Notes under the pieces: generated by a model
Told to the model about the DNA's origin: nothing
What the model saw: only the letters and a program-made list of their open reading frames with translations
Database searches by the model: none
Shown: positions 49,017 to 57,832 of the stretch, piece after piece
How the letters are laid out: each line of letters opens with the position of its first letter
Numbering within the stretch: the stretch's first letter is position 1
NCBI GenBank assembly: GCA_965219995.1
Contig: CBDCOX010000002.1
Span: forward strand, 5,312,001 to 5,376,000
Reading direction: 5' to 3'
Source: Candidatus Latescibacterota bacterium
Lineage (GTDB): Bacteria; Latescibacterota; UBA2968; GCA-2709665
Length of the DNA: 64,000 nucleotides
Made by a program: the position numbers and the translations under genes

Positions 49017-50807
49017 ATGAACACGATCCGCACCCGCGCCCTCATCGCCGGACCGACACTCGCGGCGTCGATGTGCGCCGGGTTGCTCGTTGGCTGCGCC
49101 CCGGGCGCGGCTCCGCGCGACGACGGTCAAGCCGGCCCGGCGCCGGTCGCCGCGGAGGAACCATCGAGCCCGGCCGAAGAAGGCGGTACGACGGACAAGG
49201 GCATCGTCGTGGGCACCACCGGCGCCGCCGCGGTGCAGGCGGGGCTGGACATCCTCAAGGCGGGCGGCTCCGCCATGGACGCCGCGTTGGCCACCGCGAT
49301 GGCGCAGGTGACCCTCGCCGCGGGAAGCTGGGTCAGCTTCGCGGGCATCATGACGCTGGTCTACTACGACGCCGAGACCGACGCCGTCTACAACATGAAC
49401 GCGTCCTACAACACGGTGGCCGGCGAGGACGACCCCATGACCATCCCGGGCCTGGACATCGGCGACTTCATGTCCACGGAGCTCCGGCCGTCCGGGCGCG
49501 CCACCCTGGTGCCGGGATTCATGAAGGGTGCGGAAGCGGGCCATGAGCGCTTCGGCAAGGTCCCCTTCGCGGACCTGTTCGAGGCCTCCATCCGCATCGC
49601 CGAGGAAGGCATGCCGTTCAACGCCGGCCTGGTGCAGAACGTCGAGTTCCGCTCGAACGTCCTCTCCCGCCGCCCGGAGACCCGGGCGGTCTTCGCGCGG
49701 GAGGACGGCTCCTTCCACGAACTCGGCGACACCTTCCGGCAGCCGGCGCTGGCGGCGACGCTGCGCCGGGTCGCCGCCGACGGCAACGTGGACTACCTCT
49801 ATGCGGGCGCATGGGCCGAGAAGCTGGTCGCGGCGGTCCGGGAGGAAGGGGGCCGGATGACCATGGAAGACCTCGCCGCCTACGAAGTCCTCTGGAGCGA
49901 CCCGGTGGTGGCCGACTATGCCGGGCACCAGGTCTTCTCCCACGGCCTTCCGGCCACCGGCGGCGTCAACACCACCGAGGCGCTGAACATCCTGGAGGCC
50001 GCGGACATCAAGTCCATGGGGCACTACACCGAATCGCCGGAAGCCCTCTTCTGGCTCACCCAGCTCACGCGGCTGTCCATGGCCGGCTACCTGTTCCCCC
50101 ATCTCGCCGACGAGATGCCGGGGGTGGACATGTCGCCGCGGGGCCGGCTCGGCAAGCCGCACGGCCGCGCGCTCTGGGCCGCGCTGCAGGCCGGCGACAT
50201 CCCCTTCGCCCGCCCCCCGCGGACCGTGCCCGTGCACTCCGACACCATCGCCACCGCCGACCAGTGGGGCAACATGCTGGGCATGGTGCACTCCATCAAC
50301 ACCGTGAGCTGGGGCATGACGGGCATCTTCGTCGACGGCATCTCGATCCCGGACTCCGCCGCGCACCAGCAGGCGCAGATCGCGGCCGCCGGACCGGGCG
50401 CGCGGCTGCCCGACGCGACCAATCCGGGCATCGTGATGCGCGACGGAGCGCCGCTGCTCGCCTACGGCTCCATCGGCATGGGTCTGCACCAGAAGACCAT
50501 CCAGGCCCTGCACTCGATCCTGGACTTCGGCTACAGCCCCGACGAGGCGGCGAGCGCACCGGCCTTCGGTTCTCCGGAGTTCACCTCGACCGGCCTCACC
50601 GAGCGGACCAGCATCGTGGAGGGCAGGTTCGATCCCGAGGTGGTCGCCGCCGCGAACGCCATGGGCGCCAATCTCTACGAGGACGACCTCCTGCAGGGCG
50701 GCTGGTCCGGCGCCATGATCGACCCCGACACGGGCGCGCGCAGCGGCGGCGTCTCCATGGTCTGGGCGCTGACGCCGGACAACGACAGCCGGCCGGTCGG
50801 CTATTGA
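49017..50807 (+). CDS. ggt: Gamma-glutamyltransferase-family (Ntn hydrolase) lipoprotein
   Basis: LVGC lipobox, GLDILKAGGSAMDAA, VPGF, QPALAATLRR, HSDTIATADQWGN. Confidence 0.88.
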   Translation: MNTIRTRALIAGPTLAASMCAGLLVGCAPGAAPRDDGQAGPAPVAAEEPSSPAEEGGTTDKGIVVGTTGAAAVQAGLDILKAGGSAMDAALATAMAQVTLAAGSWVSFAGIMTLVYYDAETDAVYNMNASYNTVAGEDDPMTIPGLDIGDFMSTELRPSGRATLVPGFMKGAEAGHERFGKVPFADLFEASIRIAEEGMPFNAGLVQNVEFRSNVLSRRPETRAVFAREDGSFHELGDTFRQPALAATLRRVAADGNVDYLYAGAWAEKLVAAVREEGGRMTMEDLAAYEVLWSDPVVADYAGHQVFSHGLPATGGVNTTEALNILEAADIKSMGHYTESPEALFWLTQLTRLSMAGYLFPHLADEMPGVDMSPRGRLGKPHGRALWAALQAGDIPFARPPRTVPVHSDTIATADQWGNMLGMVHSINTVSWGMTGIFVDGISIPDSAAHQQAQIAAAGPGARLPDATNPGIVMRDGAPLLAYGSIGMGLHQKTIQALHSILDFGYSPDEAASAPAFGSPEFTSTGLTERTSIVEGRFDPEVVAAANAMGANLYEDDLLQGGWSGAMIDPDTGARSGGVSMVWALTPDNDSRPVGY

Positions 50808-50903
50808 CGCAGCGGCTACGGCAACCGGCCGGTCCGGCGTGAAGGGTCAGCTTCCGCAGCTAGCCCGGACCGGACGGTGCGAGTCGATCCTTGTCGACAC
50901 GAC

Positions 50904-51119
50904 CTACGACAGGTGTGCCTTGAAGAACCCCTGCCAGTCTCGCACGGCAATGCCGCGCACCAAGGTGGATTGCATCTCGCCGATGTAGTTGTCCATCAGA
51001 CCATATCGGGCGAGCCGTCCGAAGTTGCCGCCGCCGTCCTTGGAGGGTTGGTCCGAGATGTTGGATTTGGACGCGGGGTACGGAGACACGCCGGGCGGAG
51101 GCCGAGGCTTTCCTGGCAT
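50904..51119 (-). pseudogene. Possible internally deleted remnant of the cognate restriction endonuclease
   Basis: Short ORF overlapping the MTase end: YPASKSNISDQPSKDGGGNFGRLARYGLMDNY...W..FF. Confidence 0.45.
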
Positions 51120-52201
51120 GAGTCGAGCCTTTCGACGGCTGCGTGGTAGAACTCCGAGACGATCTCGGCGCTGTGGGATGCGCGGCCGAGCCGGAACGCG
51201 CAGATGGCGGCGGGGCACAGTCCGCCGAAGGGTTCCCAGACCGTGTCGCCCGCGTCGGTCGTGGCCCGTATGGTGGTCTCAATCAGTTCCAGCGGCTTTT
51301 GGCTTCCGTGGAGGCTCTTGTACCTCCATCGCATTTGCTGCCGGTCGCCGTTGATGCGCTGCTTGCCGGACACCTGCGGTTGCCGCCAGACGTTCGTCAC
51401 TCCCGCCGGACACTGGAACTTGGCTCGCATGCGGGCCCACTGTTCCGCGGTGATCGAACGCTGCCCGTCCTGGCTGAAGTAGGGCCTGCCGGAGGGATCG
51501 CCATGCTCGTTGGCATAGTCGGCGAGCCGCACGAAGGCGTCGGGCGGCGGGTAGTACCAGAGGTGATCCGCCGTGAGGTACTTGCGGGTGGCGGCGTTGG
51601 CAACGCCACAGGCGTCGTTGGCCAGGCGCAGGGGTAGTCCCGAACGGCGCCACTCGCAGCGCAGCCAGTCCTGCATGGACAATGTCCCCCCCGTCGCCGA
51701 GCGGAACCTCGGGGCCTTGACGTACTGCGCACAGACCTCCGTGATGACCGGGAACTTGCGGAGCGTGCGCGTGTTGGCGTTGCCAGCGATGTGGCCGAGG
51801 CCCTTGTCCCAGATGTGGCAGCTTCGATACTCCCACCCGTGTTCGGCGAGAAGTGGGTGGACGGTGGCCCAGCCCAGTTCGGAATTCCAGAGCCAAAGCG
51901 TGGTTTCGGGGGTGGACCGCGCTGACCACGCCTCGACGTGGGGGCGGTACCAATCGACGAGGCCGGTCGCCGTGTGCAGATCGCCAGGGAATCCGTTTAG
52001 GCCGTAAGGCCCGTCGGCGATGATGCAAACCGGCACAGGCCACAGGTCGTAGAGGGTTTCCGCAGGTTGGAAATGGATCGTCGACTTGGCGCGTTGGAAG
52101 GACTCTGGCTGCGGCGACGGTGACGCAGCGCCGTTGCGGGCGGCTCGGGTTTGCGGTTCGACAGGCATGCGTCGTAGTGCGGCGGCGGTGTTGCGCGTCA
52201 T
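50996..52201 (-). CDS. Site-specific DNA methyltransferase (N6/N4, beta-class order)
   Basis: IIADGPY (DPPY-like motif IV), IWDKG, TNVW, HGSQKPLELI, VWEPFGG (motif I); start uncertain. Confidence 0.88.
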   Translation of the reverse strand: MTRNTAAALRRMPVEPQTRAARNGAASPSPQPESFQRAKSTIHFQPAETLYDLWPVPVCIIADGPYGLNGFPGDLHTATGLVDWYRPHVEAWSARSTPETTLWLWNSELGWATVHPLLAEHGWEYRSCHIWDKGLGHIAGNANTRTLRKFPVITEVCAQYVKAPRFRSATGGTLSMQDWLRCEWRRSGLPLRLANDACGVANAATRKYLTADHLWYYPPPDAFVRLADYANEHGDPSGRPYFSQDGQRSITAEQWARMRAKFQCPAGVTNVWRQPQVSGKQRINGDRQQMRWRYKSLHGSQKPLELIETTIRATTDAGDTVWEPFGGLCPAAICAFRLGRASHSAEIVSEFYHAAVERLDSCQESLGLRPACLRTPRPNPTSRTNPPRTAAATSDGSPDMV

Positions 52202-52324
52202 GTCTTTCCGTCTCGTCGTATTGTACGCAGGTCCGCGCGGGAGCGTGACCGCGATGCGGTTTCTCGCTGGCTCTCGCTGGGACGCAGGTTGGGTCGTGGT
52301 CACCTCGGACCGGGATTCCAATAA

Positions 52325-52340
52325 CTGTATATGAATACAG
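52325..52340. promoter_or_regulatory. LexA (SOS) box
   Basis: CTGTATATGAATACAG = CTGT-N8(AT-rich)-ACAG in a GC-rich background. Confidence 0.75.
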
Positions 52341-52471
52341 CTAAAAGAGCCAGCCTTCCCTCAAGCCAGTCAAGCAAGGCTGACGTTCGTCGGCTCCCAG
52401 CGGGGCTCTGCTCCTGAGGGTGTCACGCCCGGCCGCGTCGTAGCATTTGATCCGGTTGGAACGGTTGAGGG

Positions 52472-53254
52472 GTGACAGCTTTCCTCAAGCCCGTGCTGGC
52501 GGCTGTGCTGCTGCACGCGACGATCGCGCAGGACGTGCGCGCCGGCGACGACCAGCACGTGCGTCGCTTCGGCGGCGTGCTGCACTTCGCGATCCTGCGC
52601 GGGGTGCCCGGCGTCGACGTGCAGGCGGAGATCCTCGGCGCGCTCCTGGCCGCCGTGCCCGAGGAACTCGAAGGGATCGAACCGGAGCACCAGGCGGTGC
52701 AGGGGTTCTGGCCCCTGAATCCGTCTTGCGAGCGCGAGGAACTGATCTGGGCCGAGCGCTACCGCGACCTCAGGGACTGGACGAACGCCGAGTTCACCGC
52801 CCAGCGGGACCCCGGCTGGATCACCAACCAGGTGGCGCTCATGCAGTCGGGGAGGCTCACGTTCTACTCCGAGGCGCAGGTGGAGGACACCCTGGACGAT
52901 GCGCCGCGCCTGATGCGCCGGCCGGAAGACCCGCCGATCGCCGTCCACTGGCTGCAGCTCCGTTCCGAGTCGATCCTGCCCAATCTCGTGGCCCTGCCGG
53001 AGCACGTACGGAAGCTGGATCGCCTGCTGCGGGAGGCGGGCCACACCGACATCGCCGTGCAGTACTACGGCGCCCTGACCTCGGCCGGGAGCGACCGGGA
53101 GAACGCGAGCATCTGGGTGGAGTACCGGGATCTCGCGGCGATGTCGGCAGCCCTGGCGTTCCTGACCACCGATCCCGCCGCCCGCGGCTGGCGCCGGGGA
53201 CTTGCCCACCTGACCGACGTACAACGCGAGTGGTACCTGCTGGAGGCCAAATGA
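52472..53254 (+). CDS. Secreted hypothetical protein, possibly two tandem dimeric alpha/beta-barrel (NIPSNAP-like) domains
   Basis: GTG after GAGG, signal peptide, internal repetition WAERYRDLRDW / WVEYRDLAAM; stop overlaps the next ATG. Confidence 0.65.
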   Translation: MTAFLKPVLAAVLLHATIAQDVRAGDDQHVRRFGGVLHFAILRGVPGVDVQAEILGALLAAVPEELEGIEPEHQAVQGFWPLNPSCEREELIWAERYRDLRDWTNAEFTAQRDPGWITNQVALMQSGRLTFYSEAQVEDTLDDAPRLMRRPEDPPIAVHWLQLRSESILPNLVALPEHVRKLDRLLREAGHTDIAVQYYGALTSAGSDRENASIWVEYRDLAAMSAALAFLTTDPAARGWRRGLAHLTDVQREWYLLEAK

Positions 53255-56200
53255 ACACGATCAACTGCGCCCGTTCCCCGTTCGCGGTCCTCGTCCTGTT
53301 CGGCGCGGGCGTCTGCCTCGCCCAGGACGAGCCCGCGGCGCCGCACCCGTTGTTGCCGGCCTACGAGCGCGCGGCGGCGGTCCAGGGGCACGCCGAGGAC
53401 CGATGGGTGCTCAACCAGACCATCCATCCGCGGTGGATCGATGCGTCCACGTTCTGGTACGAGCGCGAAACGCCCGGGGGCAAGGTGTACACGCTGGTGG
53501 ACGCGGAACGCCGCGAAAAGCGGCCCGCCTTCGACCACGAAGCCCTCGCGGCCTCGCTCACCGAAGAGACGGGCCAGGAGATCGACGCCGACGCGTTGCC
53601 CATAGTGGGCGTCGAGATCGAACCCTCCGCGGTGACCTTCACGGCCGTTGGCCGCTTCTTTCGATTCGAGGACGGCGAACTCGAGGAACTCGACGCCAAT
53701 CCCAACGACGCTTCCTGGCTGGTCTCCCCCGACGGGTCCAGGGCGGCCTTCTCCAGGGACCACAACCTCTGGGTGAAGCGCCTCGCTTCCGGCGAGGAGA
53801 AACAGCTCACGAGCGACGGCGAACCCTTCTACGCCTACGGGGCGACGCCCAACGCCACCGGCCGGCCCGCGGTCAGGCCGGAAGCCGTGTGGTCACCCGA
53901 CTCGCGCTACCTCTTCACCGCGCAGACGGACGACCGCCAGGTGCAGTCCCTGCCGGTGATCGACTTCGCGCCCGCCGACGGGAGCATCCGGCCCAGGGTG
54001 ATCGACTACCGCCAGGCGCTGCCCGGCGACGAGCACATAACCCGCTTCCGCACGACCGTCATCGACACGGACACCGGCAAGCAGACGCCGGTCCACTACC
54101 CGGACCTCGCGGCGGCGCGCATGAACGACACGCCCTTCGGGGGCAACCGCGCCTGGTGGTCCGCGGACTCCACGGCGGTCTACTTCGTGGACATCCTGCG
54201 CGGCGAGCGGGAGGCCCGCGTGGTCACCGCGGCCCGCGACTCGGGGCTCGCCCGCGTGGTGTTCCGGGAGACCACGGACACCTACCTGGAACTCGGCTCG
54301 AACGTGTACATGCCGACCTTCATCGTGCCCCTGCCCGGGAGCGAGGAGTTCGTCTGGTATTCGGAGAAGTCGGGCTGGGGGCACCTGTACCTGCACGACG
54401 CGTCAACGGGCGAGGAGAAGCGTGCGCTTACCGCCGGCGACTGGCTCGTGAGAGACGTGCTCGGGGTGGACCGGGAAGGGCGCGAACTCTTCCTGACCGT
54501 CGGCGGGCGCCGGCCGGACGCCAATCCCTACTTTCGCGAAGTGGTCCGGGTGAACCTGGACACCGCCGAACTCACCGTGCTGAGCGCCAGTGACGCGGAC
54601 CACATCGTGCTCTCGCAGGGCGACTTCTCGCTGCTGCTGCTCACCGTCTTCGGCCAGGACCCGGGCGCGGTTTCCGGGCTGTCTCCCGGCGCCGCCTACT
54701 ACGTGGAGACCCGCCAGCGCCCGGACCGGCCCAACGCCACCGCGCTCATGTCGGCGGACGGCGAGGAACTCCTGCTCGTCGAGGAGGCAACGCCGCATGC
54801 CGTGCCGGACGGGCAACGCTGGCCCGAACCCTTCACCGTCACCGCCGCCGACGGCGAAACGGAGATTCGCGGCGTGATGCTGAAGCCGCGGGACTTCGAT
54901 CCCGGCCGGTCCTACCCGGTGATCGACTACATCTACGGCGGGCCCCAGGTCGCGAACGTGCCCAAGACGGGTTTCAGTTCCCTGTCCTCCCTGAGCCTCG
55001 ACTCGGCCGCGTCCCTGGCGGAACTGGGGTTCGTCGCGGTCATCCTGGACGGACGCGGCACCACGGAACGCTCGCGCGCCTTCCACGAGTCGTCCTACGG
55101 CCGGCTGCAGACCGCGAGCAACCTCGAAGACCACGTCGCCGCCATCCGGCAGCTCGCCGAGCGGTTCCCGTACCTGGACGCGGAGCGCGTCGGCATCACC
55201 GGGGTCTCCGGCGGCGGCTACATGGCCGCGCGCGGCATGCTCAAGTTCCCGGAGTTCTTCAAGGTCGGCGTGTCCATCGCCGGCAACCACGACCAGCGGC
55301 TGTTCTGGCACAGTTGGGGCGAGCGCTACCAGGGCCTGCCGGCGGGGGACAACTACCTCGAGCAGGCGAACCTGACGCACGCCGCGAGCCTCGAGGGCAA
55401 GCTCCTCTTCATTCACGGCATGCTGGACTTCGGCGTCCACCCCGGCGGCCTCTTCCAGCTCACGCAGGCCCTCATGGACGCCAACAAGGTGTTCGACCTG
55501 GTGCTGTTGCCGCAGACCGGTCACGCGCTGCCCGGTTACGGCATGGTGCGCATGTGGGACTATTTCGTCCGGCATCTCGGCGGGATGGAACCGCCGCCGG
55601 GCTTCAGCGCGAAGTCGTCCTCGGACCGCATGATGGAGCAGGTGAAGACCATTCAGATGGCCGCCATGGCACAACCCGAGGCGCCGCCGGCCGACGACCC
55701 GGCCGCGGACGAGTGGGGTCCGGCGGTGCGGGTCACGCTGGAGACGGACGCCGGCGACATCGCGCTGGCGGTGTACCCGGAGGCCGCGCCCGCGTCCGCC
55801 GGCAGTTTCCTGGAACACGTCGACCAGGGGCTCTTCGACGGCGGTGCCTTCTACCGCGTCGTGCGCCGGAACAACGACAACGGCTCGCCGGTCATCGAAG
55901 TGGTTCAGGGCGGCCTGACGGACCCCTCGAAAGCCCTGCCGTCAGTCCCGCACGAGACTACCGAGCAGACCGGCATCCGCCACCTCGACGGCACGCTGTC
56001 ACTCGGCCGGACGGACCCCGGCAGCGCCAGCGGCGGCGCGTTCTTCGTCACCGTCGGCGACCAGCCGAGCCTCGACTTCGGCGGTGCCCGCAACGCCGAC
56101 GGCCTCGGCTTCGCCGCGTTCGGACGCGTCACCTCCGGCATGGACGTGGTGCACGGGATTCACCAGGAGGAAGCCACGGCACCCACGGACAACGCCTACC

Positions 56201-56259
56201 TGCGGGGCCAGTTGCTGAACGAGCCGGTGATCATTCGCAAGGCGTATCGGCAACCTTGA
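53251..56259 (+). CDS. Secreted S9 DPP-IV-like peptidase fused to a C-terminal cyclophilin-type PPIase domain
   Basis: GWGHLYL, YGGPQ, GVSGGG, HGMLD, TGH; linker; ETDAGDIALAVYPEAAP, FYRV, VVQGG, GFAAFGRVTSGMDVV. Confidence 0.9.
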   Translation: MNTINCARSPFAVLVLFGAGVCLAQDEPAAPHPLLPAYERAAAVQGHAEDRWVLNQTIHPRWIDASTFWYERETPGGKVYTLVDAERREKRPAFDHEALAASLTEETGQEIDADALPIVGVEIEPSAVTFTAVGRFFRFEDGELEELDANPNDASWLVSPDGSRAAFSRDHNLWVKRLASGEEKQLTSDGEPFYAYGATPNATGRPAVRPEAVWSPDSRYLFTAQTDDRQVQSLPVIDFAPADGSIRPRVIDYRQALPGDEHITRFRTTVIDTDTGKQTPVHYPDLAAARMNDTPFGGNRAWWSADSTAVYFVDILRGEREARVVTAARDSGLARVVFRETTDTYLELGSNVYMPTFIVPLPGSEEFVWYSEKSGWGHLYLHDASTGEEKRALTAGDWLVRDVLGVDREGRELFLTVGGRRPDANPYFREVVRVNLDTAELTVLSASDADHIVLSQGDFSLLLLTVFGQDPGAVSGLSPGAAYYVETRQRPDRPNATALMSADGEELLLVEEATPHAVPDGQRWPEPFTVTAADGETEIRGVMLKPRDFDPGRSYPVIDYIYGGPQVANVPKTGFSSLSSLSLDSAASLAELGFVAVILDGRGTTERSRAFHESSYGRLQTASNLEDHVAAIRQLAERFPYLDAERVGITGVSGGGYMAARGMLKFPEFFKVGVSIAGNHDQRLFWHSWGERYQGLPAGDNYLEQANLTHAASLEGKLLFIHGMLDFGVHPGGLFQLTQALMDANKVFDLVLLPQTGHALPGYGMVRMWDYFVRHLGGMEPPPGFSAKSSSDRMMEQVKTIQMAAMAQPEAPPADDPAADEWGPAVRVTLETDAGDIALAVYPEAAPASAGSFLEHVDQGLFDGGAFYRVVRRNNDNGSPVIEVVQGGLTDPSKALPSVPHETTEQTGIRHLDGTLSLGRTDPGSASGGAFFVTVGDQPSLDFGGARNADGLGFAAFGRVTSGMDVVHGIHQEEATAPTDNAYLRGQLLNEPVIIRKAYRQP

Positions 56260-56265
56260 GGAGCT

Positions 56266-57786
56266 TCAGGACTTCAGCAGGGCCCTGAAGCGCGTATGCG
56301 CGTAGCGACGGCGCCCGACCTCGTGAAACGACAGCAGCGCCATGCGTCCCCAGACGCCCGAGAAGAAGTCCTTCGGCAGCCCCGCCGGGGCGAACAGGTT
56401 GTCGTGAACGGCCGAGCAGGTGACCGTCGGCGCCGCGTCGCTCGAGCCCATGTAGAGTTCCAGGACCTCCTTCTGTTCCTCGCTGGCCGGCAGGTAGTGC
56501 GAGGTCACGTCGATTTCGTCGGCGCCTTTCCCTGCACGCACTTCCGCGCGTGACTCGAAAGACTCGTAGTCGCCGGCGTAGTGACTCATCGGCAGGGTGG
56601 TCGCCGCCTCGGAGAAGGGCGGCTCGACGGTCAGTCCGACGTGCTCCCGCAGTACGGTGCTGACCAACCGGTCGTGCAGGGGGCTCGATCCCGGCCCGGT
56701 GCCGAAACTCGCGATCACAAGGTCGTACTCCGGGAACACCGTCAGCCCGGAAGTGCCTCCCGGCGACCCGCCGCCATGCCACCAGCCCGTGGTGCCGCCG
56801 ATGGACGGCAGGAACCAGCCAAGCCCAATCGGCGGCGCGTTGGGCGTCTTCAGATCGAACGTCGGGGTGCGCATCGCCCGGCAGAGTTCGGCGGAGAGCA
56901 CGCGCGTTCCGTTGGGCGCGACGCCGTCCGCCAGGTGCGTGCGCGCGAACGCGATGAGGTCCGGCACGTTGACGATCGGCGTCGCCCCGGCCGGGGCCGC
57001 CGACACCGGCAGCATGAACAGGCGCGCCGCCGCCATCTCGCCGTCCGGGCCGGGATAGGCCCCGACCGCGGTGCGGTGGAGGATCGCCTGGGTCGCGGAG
57101 GTGACGGACCGGTCCATGCCGATGGGCGCGTAGATTTCCTCTTCCAGCGTCCGGTCGAAACGCTTGCCCGACAGGGTCTCGATGATGCGCCCGGCGATCG
57201 TGAAACCCGGGTTCGTGTAGTGCAGCAGTTCGTCCGGGGCGAACAGGGTGCCGATCCCGGAAAGCGCGTCGATGTACGACTGCACCGCGTTGGGGCCGAA
57301 CTCCCGTGCGGGCATCAGGGTGTCCGCATCGATGCCGTTGGTGTGGTTGACGAGCTGGCGCACCCGGATGCGCTCCGCGGCCCCCTCCTCGGCCAGGCGA
57401 AAGTCCGGGAGATAGCGGGTGATGGGCGCATCGAGATCGATCTTCCCCGCTTCCACGTACTTCAGCAGCAGGGTGGTGGTCAGCACCTTGGTGATGGAGC
57501 CGAGCAGCCAGGCCGTATCCGTCGTCATCGGATCGCCGGTGTTGAGGTTGCGCACCCCGTGCGCGAACAGCCACTCCGATCCGTCCTGGTAGATCCCGGC
57601 CACGTAGCCGGGCGAGCCGAGTTCTTCCGCAAGTTTCGGTATCAGCTCGGAAAGGAGCCCGCCGATGCCTGCGAGGGACGAACCCCCCACTTGCCCGCCG
57701 CCCGACGACGCGGGCGCGCCCGTGAGTGCAATGGCGGGTGCAGCGGCCAGCGTGGCCGCCCCGGAAACGAACTGTCGACGTCGCAT
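56266..57786 (-). CDS. Tat-exported serine hydrolase, beta-lactamase/AmpC-like family
   Basis: MRRRQF, SITK (SxxK), YTN, HGG. Confidence 0.9.
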   Translation of the reverse strand: MRRRQFVSGAATLAAAPAIALTGAPASSGGGQVGGSSLAGIGGLLSELIPKLAEELGSPGYVAGIYQDGSEWLFAHGVRNLNTGDPMTTDTAWLLGSITKVLTTTLLLKYVEAGKIDLDAPITRYLPDFRLAEEGAAERIRVRQLVNHTNGIDADTLMPAREFGPNAVQSYIDALSGIGTLFAPDELLHYTNPGFTIAGRIIETLSGKRFDRTLEEEIYAPIGMDRSVTSATQAILHRTAVGAYPGPDGEMAAARLFMLPVSAAPAGATPIVNVPDLIAFARTHLADGVAPNGTRVLSAELCRAMRTPTFDLKTPNAPPIGLGWFLPSIGGTTGWWHGGGSPGGTSGLTVFPEYDLVIASFGTGPGSSPLHDRLVSTVLREHVGLTVEPPFSEAATTLPMSHYAGDYESFESRAEVRAGKGADEIDVTSHYLPASEEQKEVLELYMGSSDAAPTVTCSAVHDNLFAPAGLPKDFFSGVWGRMALLSFHEVGRRRYAHTRFRALLKS

Positions 57787-57832
57787 GCGTATACCTCAAT
57801 GGCCAACACGATCTCTCATGGAGACGCAGGAA

